Shown in pieces: positions 26,745 through 36,690 of a stretch of DNA of 64,000 nucleotides. The notes under the pieces are model-generated. The model saw nothing but the letters and a program-made list of their open reading frames with translations. It was not told the origin of the DNA and did not search any database. The stretch comes from Bacteroidales bacterium (GTDB lineage Bacteria > Bacteroidota > Bacteroidia > Bacteroidales > SZUA-534). A program made the translations under genes and the position numbers. Position 1 is the first letter of the stretch. Each line of letters starts with the position of its first letter. The stretch lies in the NCBI GenBank assembly GCA_046704385.1, contig JBJKSB010000021.1, positions 145,269 through 209,268 on the forward strand, given 5' to 3'.

Positions 26745-28628
26745 ATGATATTTGATAAAAAATATACACCGCGTTGGATCGTTTTTGTTATTGATGTATT
26801 TATTTGCATTGCAAGTATTGCACTGGCGTATTTGCTAAGATTTAATTTTGAAATACCCGAAACCAATGTCGCTTCACTTTTCCAGATTATTCCCTTTGTT
26901 GCCCTTATCAGGATAATAAGTTTCCTGTTTGGTCGTACCTATTCGGGTATTGTGCGGTATACCGGTTTGCATGATGCTCAGCGTATTTTTATTACCATAT
27001 TTGCCGGGAGTACATTTATTGTCATCGCCAATATTATTAGTTATTATTACATTACCAGGGCTTTTATTGTACCCTTGTCTATTGTTATTATTGATTTTTT
27101 AACCACCGTAATTTTCATGACCTCGTTACGCTGGTTGGTTAAAGCTATTTTTAATGAATTTCGTACATCATCATTAGAAGTAAAACGTGTGGGTATTTAT
27201 GGTACAGGTCCGGCAGCAATGGCTGCTAAAAATGCCATGGAACAAAATATTGATGTCAAATATAAAGTTGTGGTTTTTTTTGATAATGTCACGGTGCGGA
27301 GCCGTAAACAACTGGAGGGTGTTTCATTATCGCCCATCTCAACAATTGATTTGTATTTTGAAAACCAGGGTCTTGATTACCTGGTGTTGGCTAGACCTTT
27401 TAATACCATTGAGGAGAAAACCAACCTGATAGAACTTTCGCTGGCAAATAATATCCAGGTGTTTACCGTACCCAGTGTCGATAGCTGGATTAACGGTGAG
27501 TTAAGCTCTAAACAAATCCGACAGGTTAAAATTGAAGAGTTACTTGAGCGTAGCCCGATACAGTTGGATATTGAAAAAATTAAAAGCCAGGTAACTGACA
27601 AAGTGGTGTTGGTAACAGGAGCTGCCGGTTCTATTGGTAGCGAAATGGTAAGGCAGCTTATAAAATTTAACCCGGCCAAATTAATATTGTTTGACCAGGC
27701 AGAAACTCCGCTTTACGATATAGAGATGGAATTGCAGGAGCAAAAGCACAGCTTTAATATTGAAATAATTATTGGTGATGTTGCCGATCCTGTGAGGGTT
27801 GAGGAAGTTTTTAGAAAATTTAAGCCTGAAATTATTTATCATGCTGCAGCGTATAAGCACGTTCCCATGATGGAAAATCATCCGGCTGAGGCTGTCAAGA
27901 CTAACGTGCTGGGAACCAAAACCATTGCTGATTTGGCGATAAAATACAAAGCAAATCGTTTTGTGATGGTGTCGACTGATAAAGCGGTTAATCCTACAAA
28001 TGTTATGGGAGCCTCCAAGCGAATTGCTGAGGTTTACACACAGTCATTAAACGGACGATCGGTTACAGCCTTTATTACCACCAGATTTGGAAATGTTTTG
28101 GGTTCAAATGGTTCGGTAATTCCGAGGTTTAGAAAACAGATCAACGAAGGTGGGCCCATTACAGTTACTCATCCACAGATTACCCGGTTTTTTATGACTA
28201 TTCCTGAAGCATGTCAATTAGTGCTTGAAGCCGGGACAATGGGCTCTGGTGGTGAAATTTTTATTTTTGACATGGGTAAATCGGTAAAAATTGTCGACCT
28301 GGCCAAGAAAATGGTGAAATTATCAGGGTTACAACTTGGAAAAGATATCCAGATAAGCTTTACAGGATTACGCCCGGGAGAAAAACTTTACGAAGAATTG
28401 CTTGCCGATAAAGAAAACACTTTACCAACGCACCACTCTCAAATTATGATTGCCAAGGTCAGGAAGTATAAATATGAAGAAATTGAACGACAAATCAGTG
28501 ATTTGATTGATATGGTTAGCGATCAGGATAGCTTAAAAATTGTCAATCAAATGAAAAATATAATACCCGAATATATCAGCCAGAACTCAGTATTCGAACA
28601 ATTGGATAAGCAAGCCGTTAAAAACTAA
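26745..28628 (+). CDS. Membrane-anchored polysaccharide biosynthesis protein, CapD/WbpM/PglF-type nucleotide-sugar 4,6-dehydratase
   Basis: Four N-terminal TM helices, then an SDR domain with VLVTGAAGSIGSE, YHAAAYKHVP, and STDKAV.P.NVMGASKR. Confidence 0.9.
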   Translation: MIFDKKYTPRWIVFVIDVFICIASIALAYLLRFNFEIPETNVASLFQIIPFVALIRIISFLFGRTYSGIVRYTGLHDAQRIFITIFAGSTFIVIANIISYYYITRAFIVPLSIVIIDFLTTVIFMTSLRWLVKAIFNEFRTSSLEVKRVGIYGTGPAAMAAKNAMEQNIDVKYKVVVFFDNVTVRSRKQLEGVSLSPISTIDLYFENQGLDYLVLARPFNTIEEKTNLIELSLANNIQVFTVPSVDSWINGELSSKQIRQVKIEELLERSPIQLDIEKIKSQVTDKVVLVTGAAGSIGSEMVRQLIKFNPAKLILFDQAETPLYDIEMELQEQKHSFNIEIIIGDVADPVRVEEVFRKFKPEIIYHAAAYKHVPMMENHPAEAVKTNVLGTKTIADLAIKYKANRFVMVSTDKAVNPTNVMGASKRIAEVYTQSLNGRSVTAFITTRFGNVLGSNGSVIPRFRKQINEGGPITVTHPQITRFFMTIPEACQLVLEAGTMGSGGEIFIFDMGKSVKIVDLAKKMVKLSGLQLGKDIQISFTGLRPGEKLYEELLADKENTLPTHHSQIMIAKVRKYKYEEIERQISDLIDMVSDQDSLKIVNQMKNIIPEYISQNSVFEQLDKQAVKN

Positions 28629-29149
28629 TCAGTATATAAATCTATTAGTCCTTCAGGGCATCGTAAAGTAATACTCTTTTTTTGGGGATTAATGGCTATA
28701 ATAAAATCAGTATGTAAAGGGATGAGGATTTCTCTTTTCTGATAGGTGACGGATATTAACTGATTTATTTCATTATCTACCACATAATTGATTGTTCCCA
28801 GTTCACCCGTTTTCTCATCAATAACCATGAACCCTGTTAATAAGCCGAGGTTGTTCTCAAAATCGGTTTGTGATAAATTCAGGTTATCATTCGGTAAAAA
28901 AACGTTGGCACCAACCAGATTTCTAACTTTATTTTCAGTAATATACCAGTCAAAGCTTATTCGTAAACGGTCGGAACTTAGTTGTTTTAATGATGCAATA
29001 AAAAAAGGAACCAGTAATCCTTCTATTTCTAGTAGTACTGATTCCTTAATATTTTCACAAAAGTCAGGATTTTTAATTTCTAAAACCAGTTCACCATGAA
29101 TACCATGCGTTTTTATCAGTTTTCCGATCTCAAAACTATCCTGCTTCAT
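28625..29149 (-). CDS. rimM: 16S rRNA processing protein RimM
   Basis: GKLIKTHGIHGELV N-terminal PRC-barrel pattern. Sits immediately downstream of rpsP (conserved rpsP-rimM order). Its stop overlaps the CapD-like stop by 4 nt (convergent). Confidence 0.88.
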   Translation of the reverse strand: MKQDSFEIGKLIKTHGIHGELVLEIKNPDFCENIKESVLLEIEGLLVPFFIASLKQLSSDRLRISFDWYITENKVRNLVGANVFLPNDNLNLSQTDFENNLGLLTGFMVIDEKTGELGTINYVVDNEINQLISVTYQKREILIPLHTDFIIAINPQKKSITLRCPEGLIDLYTD

Positions 29150-29160
29150 GCAGTAAGGTT

Positions 29161-29778
29161 CTATTCTTCCTTATTTTCTTCTGCTTGAGGTTCTTCTGTC
29201 TGAACTTCAGCTTCAGGAGCTTCTTCGTTGGCTTCAGCAACCATAGCTTCTTCAGCTTCGGCTTCAGCTTCAACCTCTCCGGCTTCTGCTTTTGCAGCAG
29301 CTTCAGCTTCCTTGGCTAAAGCGGCATTCTTTTCAGCAATTTCCTGAGCCCTGGTCTCATTTACTTTACGTTCGGCTTCAAGGCGTTCGTTAGAATCTTT
29401 TGATTTTGATGCTTTCAAGCCATCAATTTTAGCCTGGATTTTTGAGCTTTTGTCAGCCATCCATTCTTCAAATTTTTTCTCGGCAGTAGCTTCATCAAAA
29501 GCACCTTTTTTTACTCCTTCCAACAAGTGTTTTTTCATCAAAACACCTTTGTACGATAGAATTGCTCTTGCGGTGTCAGTTGGTTGAGCACCTTTTTGTA
29601 GCCATAGCAATGCCTTGTCGAAGTCAAGTTCAATAGTAGCAGGATTTGTGTTTGGGTTATAGTTACCCAATCTCTCTATGAACTGACCATCCCGTGGCGC
29701 CCTGCTATCGGCTGCAACAATGTAATAGTAAGCGCTACGCTTCCTACCATGTCTTGCTAGTCTAATTTTTACAGGCAT
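29161..29778 (-). CDS. rpsP: 30S ribosomal protein S16 with a long charged C-terminal extension
   Basis: The N-terminal ~85 aa ([39 protein letters not shown]) are canonical bS16. The remaining ~120 aa are K/E/A-rich low complexity. Confidence 0.95.
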   Translation of the reverse strand: MPVKIRLARHGRKRSAYYYIVAADSRAPRDGQFIERLGNYNPNTNPATIELDFDKALLWLQKGAQPTDTARAILSYKGVLMKKHLLEGVKKGAFDEATAEKKFEEWMADKSSKIQAKIDGLKASKSKDSNERLEAERKVNETRAQEIAEKNAALAKEAEAAAKAEAGEVEAEAEAEEAMVAEANEEAPEAEVQTEEPQAEENKEE

Positions 29779-29810
29779 AACTAAAATATTAAGTTTTTTA
29801 AATCGAGGTG

Positions 29811-29818
29811 CAAATATA
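29811..29818 (-). promoter_or_regulatory. Candidate -7 promoter box (TATATTTG) for rpsP-rimM
   Basis: TAnnTTTG match on the minus strand, 33 nt upstream of the rpsP ATG. Confidence 0.5.
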
Positions 29819-30003
29819 GTACTTATTTTAATTCAAAAAATAATTTGATTTGATTTTTACAGTTTGCTTAAATAATTATTGGAAAATTATTTAGAGGCAA
29901 AAAAATTATTCGTTTTCGGTAGATGAATTGCATGTATTTATGCCGGGTGATGATTAAAAATATTTTTAGAATAAGGTGTGATTTTAAGATTCACTATTTA
30001 TTA

Positions 30004-30011
30004 TACATTTG
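30004..30011 (+). promoter_or_regulatory. Candidate -7 promoter box (TACATTTG) for the ECF sigma gene at 30059
   Basis: TAnnTTTG match 48 nt upstream of the GTG start. Confidence 0.45.
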
Positions 30012-30058
30012 TAACTAATCAAAACATTATACGACCAATTACCGAAACCTAAAAAATT

Positions 30059-30559
30059 GTGGATAGCGACGAAGTCATAAAAAAAATTGAGGAGTTCCAG
30101 CCTTTAATCCGAAAAGTGAGTTTTATGTATGGTCAATCCAGTGCAGAATCTGACGATATGTTTCAGGAAATCTGTATTCAGGTTTGGAGAGCCTACCCAC
30201 AGTTTAAAGGGGAATCGAAATTTTCAACATGGTTATACAGGGTGGCCATTAACACAGCGATTTCGTGGATCAGGAAAGAGAAAAAGCACAAACTCAATGA
30301 TCGTGATGATGATAAAATGTTTGGAGTGCATGACGATACCCCGTTTTATGTTGAGGAGGAAAAGCGAGAACAGGTATCTGCTTTGCATAGGGCCATTATG
30401 AAGCTGAGCGATGTTGATCGTACCTTGGTGTTATTATACCTGGAGGAGGTTGCTTACGCAGAAATTGCTGAAATATTGGGTTTAACGGTAAACAATATCA
30501 AAGTAAAAATGAACCGGGTGAAAAAACGGTTAAAAAAGCTAATGGAAGATGATGAATGA
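30059..30559 (+). CDS. ECF-type RNA polymerase sigma factor
   Basis: Region 2 (DDMFQEICIQVWRAY..F.GESKFSTWLYRVAINTAISWIR) and region 4 (LSDVDRTLVLLYLEEVAYAEIAEILGLTVNNIKVKMNR). GTG start. Confidence 0.85.
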   Translation: MDSDEVIKKIEEFQPLIRKVSFMYGQSSAESDDMFQEICIQVWRAYPQFKGESKFSTWLYRVAINTAISWIRKEKKHKLNDRDDDKMFGVHDDTPFYVEEEKREQVSALHRAIMKLSDVDRTLVLLYLEEVAYAEIAEILGLTVNNIKVKMNRVKKRLKKLMEDDE

Positions 30560-31169
30560 CCTGGATAATTTAAAAAGTACCTGGAAAACAATTTCGGATG
30601 CGGGATCGAAAAAGGGCTTGTCGGGCGATGAATTACGAAAAATTGTGAATAAAAGGTCGAATAATGAATTGCTAAAAATAAGGCGCAAAATTATTATGGA
30701 ATGGTCCATCGCTTTTGTTTTATCGGTTATGTTGGTGCTGATTATTCATTTCATCAATGCCGGCGATACAAAATATGCTTTAATGTTTATTGGCTTAATA
30801 CTGGCTATAAGTTTTTTCCCGTACCTGAATGTAATCAGGCTTAATTTTACCAGCCATTCCGATTTAAAGAATTATTTAAATGAGTTTATTGTTCGATTTA
30901 ATAAACTGGTCAATCAGTACATTAAAATGGCTTCCATAATGATACCTGTGGCAGGTTTGGGCGGATTTTTACTGGGCGTTCATAGTACTTCAGGACAAAA
31001 TGAATGGAATGGATTTTTTAATTGGCAAAACATGATTTTGCTTATATTGTTTGTGTCAGTTATTTCGCTTGCAGGCTATTGGGTACAGCACCGGTATTTT
31101 AAATGGATTTATGGTAAAAATATTCAGCGATTAAAAGATTGTTTAGCTGATTTAAATGAAGTTGAATAA
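30549..31169 (+). CDS. Polytopic membrane protein, putative cognate anti-sigma factor
   Basis: Overlaps the sigma gene stop by 11 nt (translational coupling). Cytoplasmic N-terminus, then four predicted TM helices. No recognised anti-sigma domain, so the role is inferred from position only. Confidence 0.5.
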   Translation: MMNDLDNLKSTWKTISDAGSKKGLSGDELRKIVNKRSNNELLKIRRKIIMEWSIAFVLSVMLVLIIHFINAGDTKYALMFIGLILAISFFPYLNVIRLNFTSHSDLKNYLNEFIVRFNKLVNQYIKMASIMIPVAGLGGFLLGVHSTSGQNEWNGFFNWQNMILLILFVSVISLAGYWVQHRYFKWIYGKNIQRLKDCLADLNEVE

Positions 31170-31252
31170 GTTTTTCCTACTTTTATAATATAGCTAAATT
31201 ATTGGGTGGATGCCGAAAAACCTAAGAGTAGGCAAACTTTAAACAAATATTT

Positions 31253-31900
31253 ATGAAACGAATTTTATTTCTGCTTGCCTTTGCCTTATTATTTATTGGT
31301 ACTTCGAATGCCCAGTTTTTTGCCGGGGGAAGTATTGGATTCTCTACAGATGGTGGTTATAATGATAATGGGAACACCCAAACGGATAAGCCTTCTTCAT
31401 TAAGTTTCAGTTTTAGCCCAAGAGGTGGTTTTATTCTTTCCGATAAAATATGGATTGGTGCCCAGATTGGAATAGGAACAGACAGACAAAAAACTCCTGG
31501 TGCAACCGATGTTATTGATGTAAATAATCACATTAATTTTGCGCCGTTTATGCGCTATAATGCGATTAGCTTTAATAAGTTTACTATTGGTTTGGAGACT
31601 GAGGTGGGATTTAGTTTTTTGAATTCAAAAACTGAATCAGGTGGAACCACTACGGATGGCCCTAAAACCACAAGCCTTTATCTTGATGTTACACCCGGTT
31701 TATATTATGAACTAAGTGAAAAAGTAGAACTAGAGGCAAAAATAAACGGACTAAATCTTTCTTTTGACAGAACAGCTCTTAAACAGGATATTGCCGGTAC
31801 TACATATTCCAGTGTTACAAATACATTTGGTTTTGGAGTAAGTAGCAGTGGGATTATAACCTCTGGTGCTATTACAGTTGGTGCTGTATTTTTATTCTAA
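31253..31900 (+). CDS. Small outer-membrane beta-barrel protein
   Basis: Signal peptide (LFIGTSNAQ), Gly/Ser/Thr-rich alternating strands, C-terminal ...TVGAVFLF. Confidence 0.65.
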   Translation: MKRILFLLAFALLFIGTSNAQFFAGGSIGFSTDGGYNDNGNTQTDKPSSLSFSFSPRGGFILSDKIWIGAQIGIGTDRQKTPGATDVIDVNNHINFAPFMRYNAISFNKFTIGLETEVGFSFLNSKTESGGTTTDGPKTTSLYLDVTPGLYYELSEKVELEAKINGLNLSFDRTALKQDIAGTTYSSVTNTFGFGVSSSGIITSGAITVGAVFLF

Positions 31901-31917
31901 AAAATAATATTTTTTTA

Positions 31918-31980
31918 AAAGGGCTGTATCAAAAGTAATTTTACTCTCACTTAATACTTTTAATACAGCCCTTTTTATTT
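31918..31980 (+). terminator. Long-stem terminator hairpin
   Basis: AAAGGGCTGTAT ... ATACAGCCCTTT (12-bp perfect outer stem with a second inner AT-rich helix) followed by TTATTT. Confidence 0.7.
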
Positions 31981-32165
31981 CTTATATCTTAAATTTTCAG
32001 CTTTCTTGGGTTAAAATAATTGATTTTAAACTTTATATTTTCTTTTCCAAACTTATCAACACCCCTAAAAAATTCCCTATTAAAAGCCTAATTTTACTAC
32101 CCTAATTCCGGCCTGAATCTGTTTGATTTTAAGCCAATATAAAAACTTACAAAAGTCTTATTTTC

Positions 32166-35100
32166 ATGTTTTTAGTTTTTGATACCGAAACTACCGGTTT
32201 GCCAAAAAAGTGGAAGGCACCTTTAAACGATTTTGATAACTGGCCTCGCATGGTGCAATTGGCTTGGCAATGTCACGATATTACCGGGAAATTTCTGTTT
32301 GCAAAAAATCATGTTATTAAGCCCGAAGGATTTACTATTCCTGATGAGGTGGTTGCTGTACATGGAATAACTACTGCTATAGCAGATGAGAAGGGAATTT
32401 CATTAAAAGAAGCTTTACTCGATTTTATTGAGGATGTAAAAAAATCGAAGTTTATCATAGGGCATAATATTGAATTTGATATCAACATTGTAGGTTGTGA
32501 ATTGTTGCGGACGGGCATTCCTGAAATTATGACCAGAGCACCCCAGTTATGTACAAAAATTGAAAGTACTGATTTTTGTGCCATCCTGAAAAACGGAAGA
32601 CCTAAATGGCCAACGTTAACCGAATTACACACCAAATTATTCGGAGTACCCTTTGAAGAGGCTCACAATGCGGCTGCTGATGTGGAGGCAACTACTCGTT
32701 GTTTCCTCGAATTGGTAAGGGTTGGAGGAATTTCACAACAGAGGTTGCAAATGTCAGATGCTGAAATACAGGCATTTAAGGAATCGAACCCGGATATTAT
32801 TCAACCTGCAGGTGTAGAATTTGAGTCGTTTAAAACCGATGAACTGGCCGGTATTTCCATTGAAGAGGAAGTTAAAAAGCAGGCTGAGGCGGCCAAACGT
32901 TCCGGAAAAATCCCTTTTATTCATTTGCATGTCCATTCACAATATTCCATTCTTGATGGTGCAGCCACTACAGCTGCTATTGCACAAAAGGCTAAGGATG
33001 ACGGTATGCCTGCAGTTGCTTTAACTGACCATGGAGGCATGTTTGGGGTCAAGGAATTTCATGTTTCGTGCACCAAAGCCGGAATAAAACCCATAATTGG
33101 AGTGGAAGCTTATATGGCAGCTCGTGGCCATTTGCGAAAAGATGATAAAACTGATGGATCGGGATATCACATCATTTTGCTTGCAAAGAATAAAGCCGGA
33201 TATAAAAATCTGCTAAAACTTACATCCATTGCTCATACCGAAGGTTTTTATTATAAGCCGCGTATTGATAGGGAACTGCTGGAAAAATACCATGAAGGAC
33301 TGATAGTATCATCAGCCTGCCTCGGTGGTGAGCTTGCCCAGTATATAATGAACGGGAATTTTGACAAAGCAGAAGAAACTATTCTTTGGTTTAAAAATAT
33401 TTTTGGTGACGATTATTATCTTGAATTGATGCGGCATCAAAATGATGATCCCAGGCTTCAAAGAGATGTATGGGAAAACCAGGTTAAGGTTAATAAGGTG
33501 TTGCTTGATTTCTCCAAAAAGCTTGGAGTTAAGGTTATTGCTACCAACGATACCCATTTTATTAATGCAGAAGATGCCGAAGCTCACGATTTATTGGTGT
33601 GTTTAAGTACAGGTCGCGATTATGACGACCCTACCCGTATGCGGTACACCCGTCAGGAGTGGTTTAAAACCACAACCGAAATGAGCAGGCTTTTTGCAGA
33701 TATTCCTGAGGCTCTCGAAAACACCATTGAAATTGCAGATAAGGTTGAGTCATTCGAATTGAACTCAACTCCGATTATGCCAAAGTTTAGTATTCCAAAC
33801 GATTTTGGCACCATTGAATCGTATCAGGAAAAATTCTCCAAAGAGAAACTTGTTGAGGAGTTTTCAGCCGATACCTTTAAAAGATTGGGGGGATATGAAA
33901 AAGTATTGCAGGTAAAACTGGAATCTGATTATTTAACTCATTTAACTTATAAAGGAGCTGACGAACGCTATGGAGAAAAATTTAAAGATGAAATAAAAGA
34001 ACGTATAGATTTTGAGCTGGAGACGATTAAAACAATGGGTTTCCCGGGATACTTCCTTATTGTTCAGGATTTTATTAACTGGGCAAAAAATAACGGTGTA
34101 ATTGTCGGGCCGGGCAGGGGTTCGGCTGCTGGGGCGGCAGTAGCCTATTGTGTGGGCATCACTAACGTCGACCCTATTAAATATGATTTGCTGTTTGAGC
34201 GTTTTCTGAATCCCGACCGTATTTCCATGCCCGATGTCGACATCGACTTTGATGATGATGGAAGACAACAGGTGCTCGACTGGGTGACTGAAAAATATGG
34301 ACACGATAAAGTGGCTCATATCTGCACCTTTGGTACCATGGCTACAAAATCGGCTATTAAAGATGTAGCCCGCGTAATAAAACTGCCGCTTGATGAAGCC
34401 AACCGTTTGGCTAAAATGGTGCCTGAGGCTCCCAAAATGAATTTCAAAAAAGCCTATAAAGAGAGTCCTGAACTGGTAAAGGAGAAGGATTCTGATAGCG
34501 AAATAATTGTCCGTACGCTTACCAATGCTGAAAAACTTGAAGGTTCTGTGCGGCAAACGGGGGTACATGCCTGTGGAATTCTTATCAGCCGCGACCCACT
34601 CGATCAGCATTTGCCTGTAATGCCCACCAAAGGCGAGGAATTACTTACCACTCAGTACGATGGCAGATTCGTGGAAGATATAGGTTTGTTAAAAATGGAT
34701 TTCCTGGGATTAAAAACGCTTTCAATCATCAAGGAAACCATTGAAAACATCAGATTATCGAAGGGGCAGCATATTGATGTTGACCACATTTCGATGGAAG
34801 ATGAAAAAACCTATGAACTTTTTAGTAACGGCGAAACCACGGCGATATTCCAGTTTGAAAGTCCCGGAATGAAAAAGCATCTTCAAAACCTGAAACCTGA
34901 CCGTTTTGAAGACCTGGTAGCCATGAATGCTTTGTATCGTCCGGGACCAATGGAATATATCCCATCATTTATTGCCCGTAAACATGGTCGCGAAAAAGTG
35001 GAATACGACCATCCCATTATGGAACCCTTCTTGAAAGATACCTATGGAATTACGGTGTATCAGGAACAGGTCATGCTTCAGTCACGGGCGCTGGGTGGTT

Positions 35101-36551
35101 TTACCCGGGGACAGTCAGACAGTTTGCGTAAAGCCATGGGTAAGAAAAATGCAGCCTTAATGGATCAATTAAAAGAGAAATTTAATAATGGCTGCAAGGA
35201 TAACAAGGAATTTGTGGAAAAAGCGACCCAGGCAAATAAGGATGTTGATACCCTGGTAGAGAAAATCTGGAAAGACTGGGAAGCTTTTGCTGCGTATGCA
35301 TTTAATAAGTCGCATTCAGTTTGTTACGCTTATATTGCTTACCAAACCGGGTTTTTAAAGGCACATTTTCCGGCTGAATTTATGGCGGCCAACCTTAGCC
35401 GTAACCTTTCGAATATTACCGAGGTTACAAAACTTATGGAAGAGTGCCGAAGGATGAAACAGATGGTTTTTGGACCCGATGTAAACCTGAGTTTTAAGAA
35501 ATTTACCGTAGACAAAAACGGCGATATCCGCTTTGGCATGGCAGCTATTAAAAATGTGGGTGAAGGAGCCGTGGAAAACATTATCCAGGAGCGAGAACAT
35601 AATGGATCCTACAAAGGCATTTTTGATTTTGTAGAACGTGTCGATTTGCGTTCGGTTAACCGAAAAACCTTTGAGGCATTGGCTCAGGCAGGAGCCTTCG
35701 ATTCATTTAAGGAAGTGCTCCATCGGAGTCAGTATTTTGAAACGAACGAACTGAATGAAACTTTTATTGAAAACCTTTTAAAATACGGGAACCTGTATAA
35801 AAATGATGTGGCCAATAACCAAAACACGCTGTTTGGATCAATGACCGAAAAAGTAGCCATTACGCGGCCAACAATCCCAATAGCTGATCCCTGGGGAAAC
35901 CTGGAACGCTTGAACCGTGAGAAGGAGTTGGTGGGTATCTATCTTTCTGCACATCCTTTGGATAGTTATAAAATTGAAATTACCAGTTTTTGCAATGCTG
36001 CCTTAGATGATTTGAATGATTTAGCAAAACTAAACGGCAGAGAGGTTTCCTTTGGAGGGATTGTAACTTCGGTGAGGAGCGGAATGACCAAAAACAATAA
36101 ACCATTCGGAGGTTTTACCATTGAGGATTACACCGGCTCACAGGAAATTATGCTTTTTGGTAAAGATTATCTGGAATTTAAAAACTATTGTACAGCCGGT
36201 TACTCGCTATTTGTAAAGGGTCGGGTTCAGGAAAGGGGCTGGGGAAAAGAAAACGACAGACCCCTGGAGTTTAAGGTACTTTCCATTCAAATGCTGGGCG
36301 ATTTAAGGGAAAAATTGTTGAAATGTATAGCGATAAAACTGCCTGTAACCGAACTGACTGAAAAACTCATTGAAGAGTTAAATGCCCAAATTTCAGAGCA
36401 TAAGGGCAAAACTTTACTTAAGTTTTTGATTTTTGATCCCGAAAAGAAAGTTTATGTGCAAATGTTTTCGCGCACACACCAGGTTGAAGTCAGCAATGAC
36501 TTTATTGATTTCCTTGATAAGCATCCTTTGCTGGAATATAAACTTGAATAA
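32166..36551 (+). CDS. dnaE: DNA polymerase III alpha subunit (DnaE-type) with an N-terminally fused DEDDh 3'-5' exonuclease (epsilon-like) domain
   Basis: aa 1-190 carry ExoI FDTETTG, ExoII GHNIEFD and ExoIII HNAAADVEAT. The PHP domain follows (HLHVHSQYSILDG), then the palm/fingers (PDVDIDF, GLLKMDFLGL), HhH and OB-fold regions. Confidence 0.97.
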   Translation: MFLVFDTETTGLPKKWKAPLNDFDNWPRMVQLAWQCHDITGKFLFAKNHVIKPEGFTIPDEVVAVHGITTAIADEKGISLKEALLDFIEDVKKSKFIIGHNIEFDINIVGCELLRTGIPEIMTRAPQLCTKIESTDFCAILKNGRPKWPTLTELHTKLFGVPFEEAHNAAADVEATTRCFLELVRVGGISQQRLQMSDAEIQAFKESNPDIIQPAGVEFESFKTDELAGISIEEEVKKQAEAAKRSGKIPFIHLHVHSQYSILDGAATTAAIAQKAKDDGMPAVALTDHGGMFGVKEFHVSCTKAGIKPIIGVEAYMAARGHLRKDDKTDGSGYHIILLAKNKAGYKNLLKLTSIAHTEGFYYKPRIDRELLEKYHEGLIVSSACLGGELAQYIMNGNFDKAEETILWFKNIFGDDYYLELMRHQNDDPRLQRDVWENQVKVNKVLLDFSKKLGVKVIATNDTHFINAEDAEAHDLLVCLSTGRDYDDPTRMRYTRQEWFKTTTEMSRLFADIPEALENTIEIADKVESFELNSTPIMPKFSIPNDFGTIESYQEKFSKEKLVEEFSADTFKRLGGYEKVLQVKLESDYLTHLTYKGADERYGEKFKDEIKERIDFELETIKTMGFPGYFLIVQDFINWAKNNGVIVGPGRGSAAGAAVAYCVGITNVDPIKYDLLFERFLNPDRISMPDVDIDFDDDGRQQVLDWVTEKYGHDKVAHICTFGTMATKSAIKDVARVIKLPLDEANRLAKMVPEAPKMNFKKAYKESPELVKEKDSDSEIIVRTLTNAEKLEGSVRQTGVHACGILISRDPLDQHLPVMPTKGEELLTTQYDGRFVEDIGLLKMDFLGLKTLSIIKETIENIRLSKGQHIDVDHISMEDEKTYELFSNGETTAIFQFESPGMKKHLQNLKPDRFEDLVAMNALYRPGPMEYIPSFIARKHGREKVEYDHPIMEPFLKDTYGITVYQEQVMLQSRALGGFTRGQSDSLRKAMGKKNAALMDQLKEKFNNGCKDNKEFVEKATQANKDVDTLVEKIWKDWEAFAAYAFNKSHSVCYAYIAYQTGFLKAHFPAEFMAANLSRNLSNITEVTKLMEECRRMKQMVFGPDVNLSFKKFTVDKNGDIRFGMAAIKNVGEGAVENIIQEREHNGSYKGIFDFVERVDLRSVNRKTFEALAQAGAFDSFKEVLHRSQYFETNELNETFIENLLKYGNLYKNDVANNQNTLFGSMTEKVAITRPTIPIADPWGNLERLNREKELVGIYLSAHPLDSYKIEITSFCNAALDDLNDLAKLNGREVSFGGIVTSVRSGMTKNNKPFGGFTIEDYTGSQEIMLFGKDYLEFKNYCTAGYSLFVKGRVQERGWGKENDRPLEFKVLSIQMLGDLREKLLKCIAIKLPVTELTEKLIEELNAQISEHKGKTLLKFLIFDPEKKVYVQMFSRTHQVEVSNDFIDFLDKHPLLEYKLE

Positions 36552-36643
36552 TGGTAATTGTGCCTGTTTACAGATAAATCCTTTTGTTGAAAAGATGGGG
36601 ATAACAAAATATTTTTAGTTCCGGAATCAAACATTTAATCATA

Positions 36644-36651
36644 TATATTTG
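36644..36651 (+). promoter_or_regulatory. Candidate -7 promoter box (TATATTTG) for trxA
   Basis: TAnnTTTG match 40 nt upstream of the ATG at 36691. Confidence 0.5.
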
Positions 36652-36690
36652 TAATTACACTTGTATATAAAACCTTAAAAATCTTTAAAA

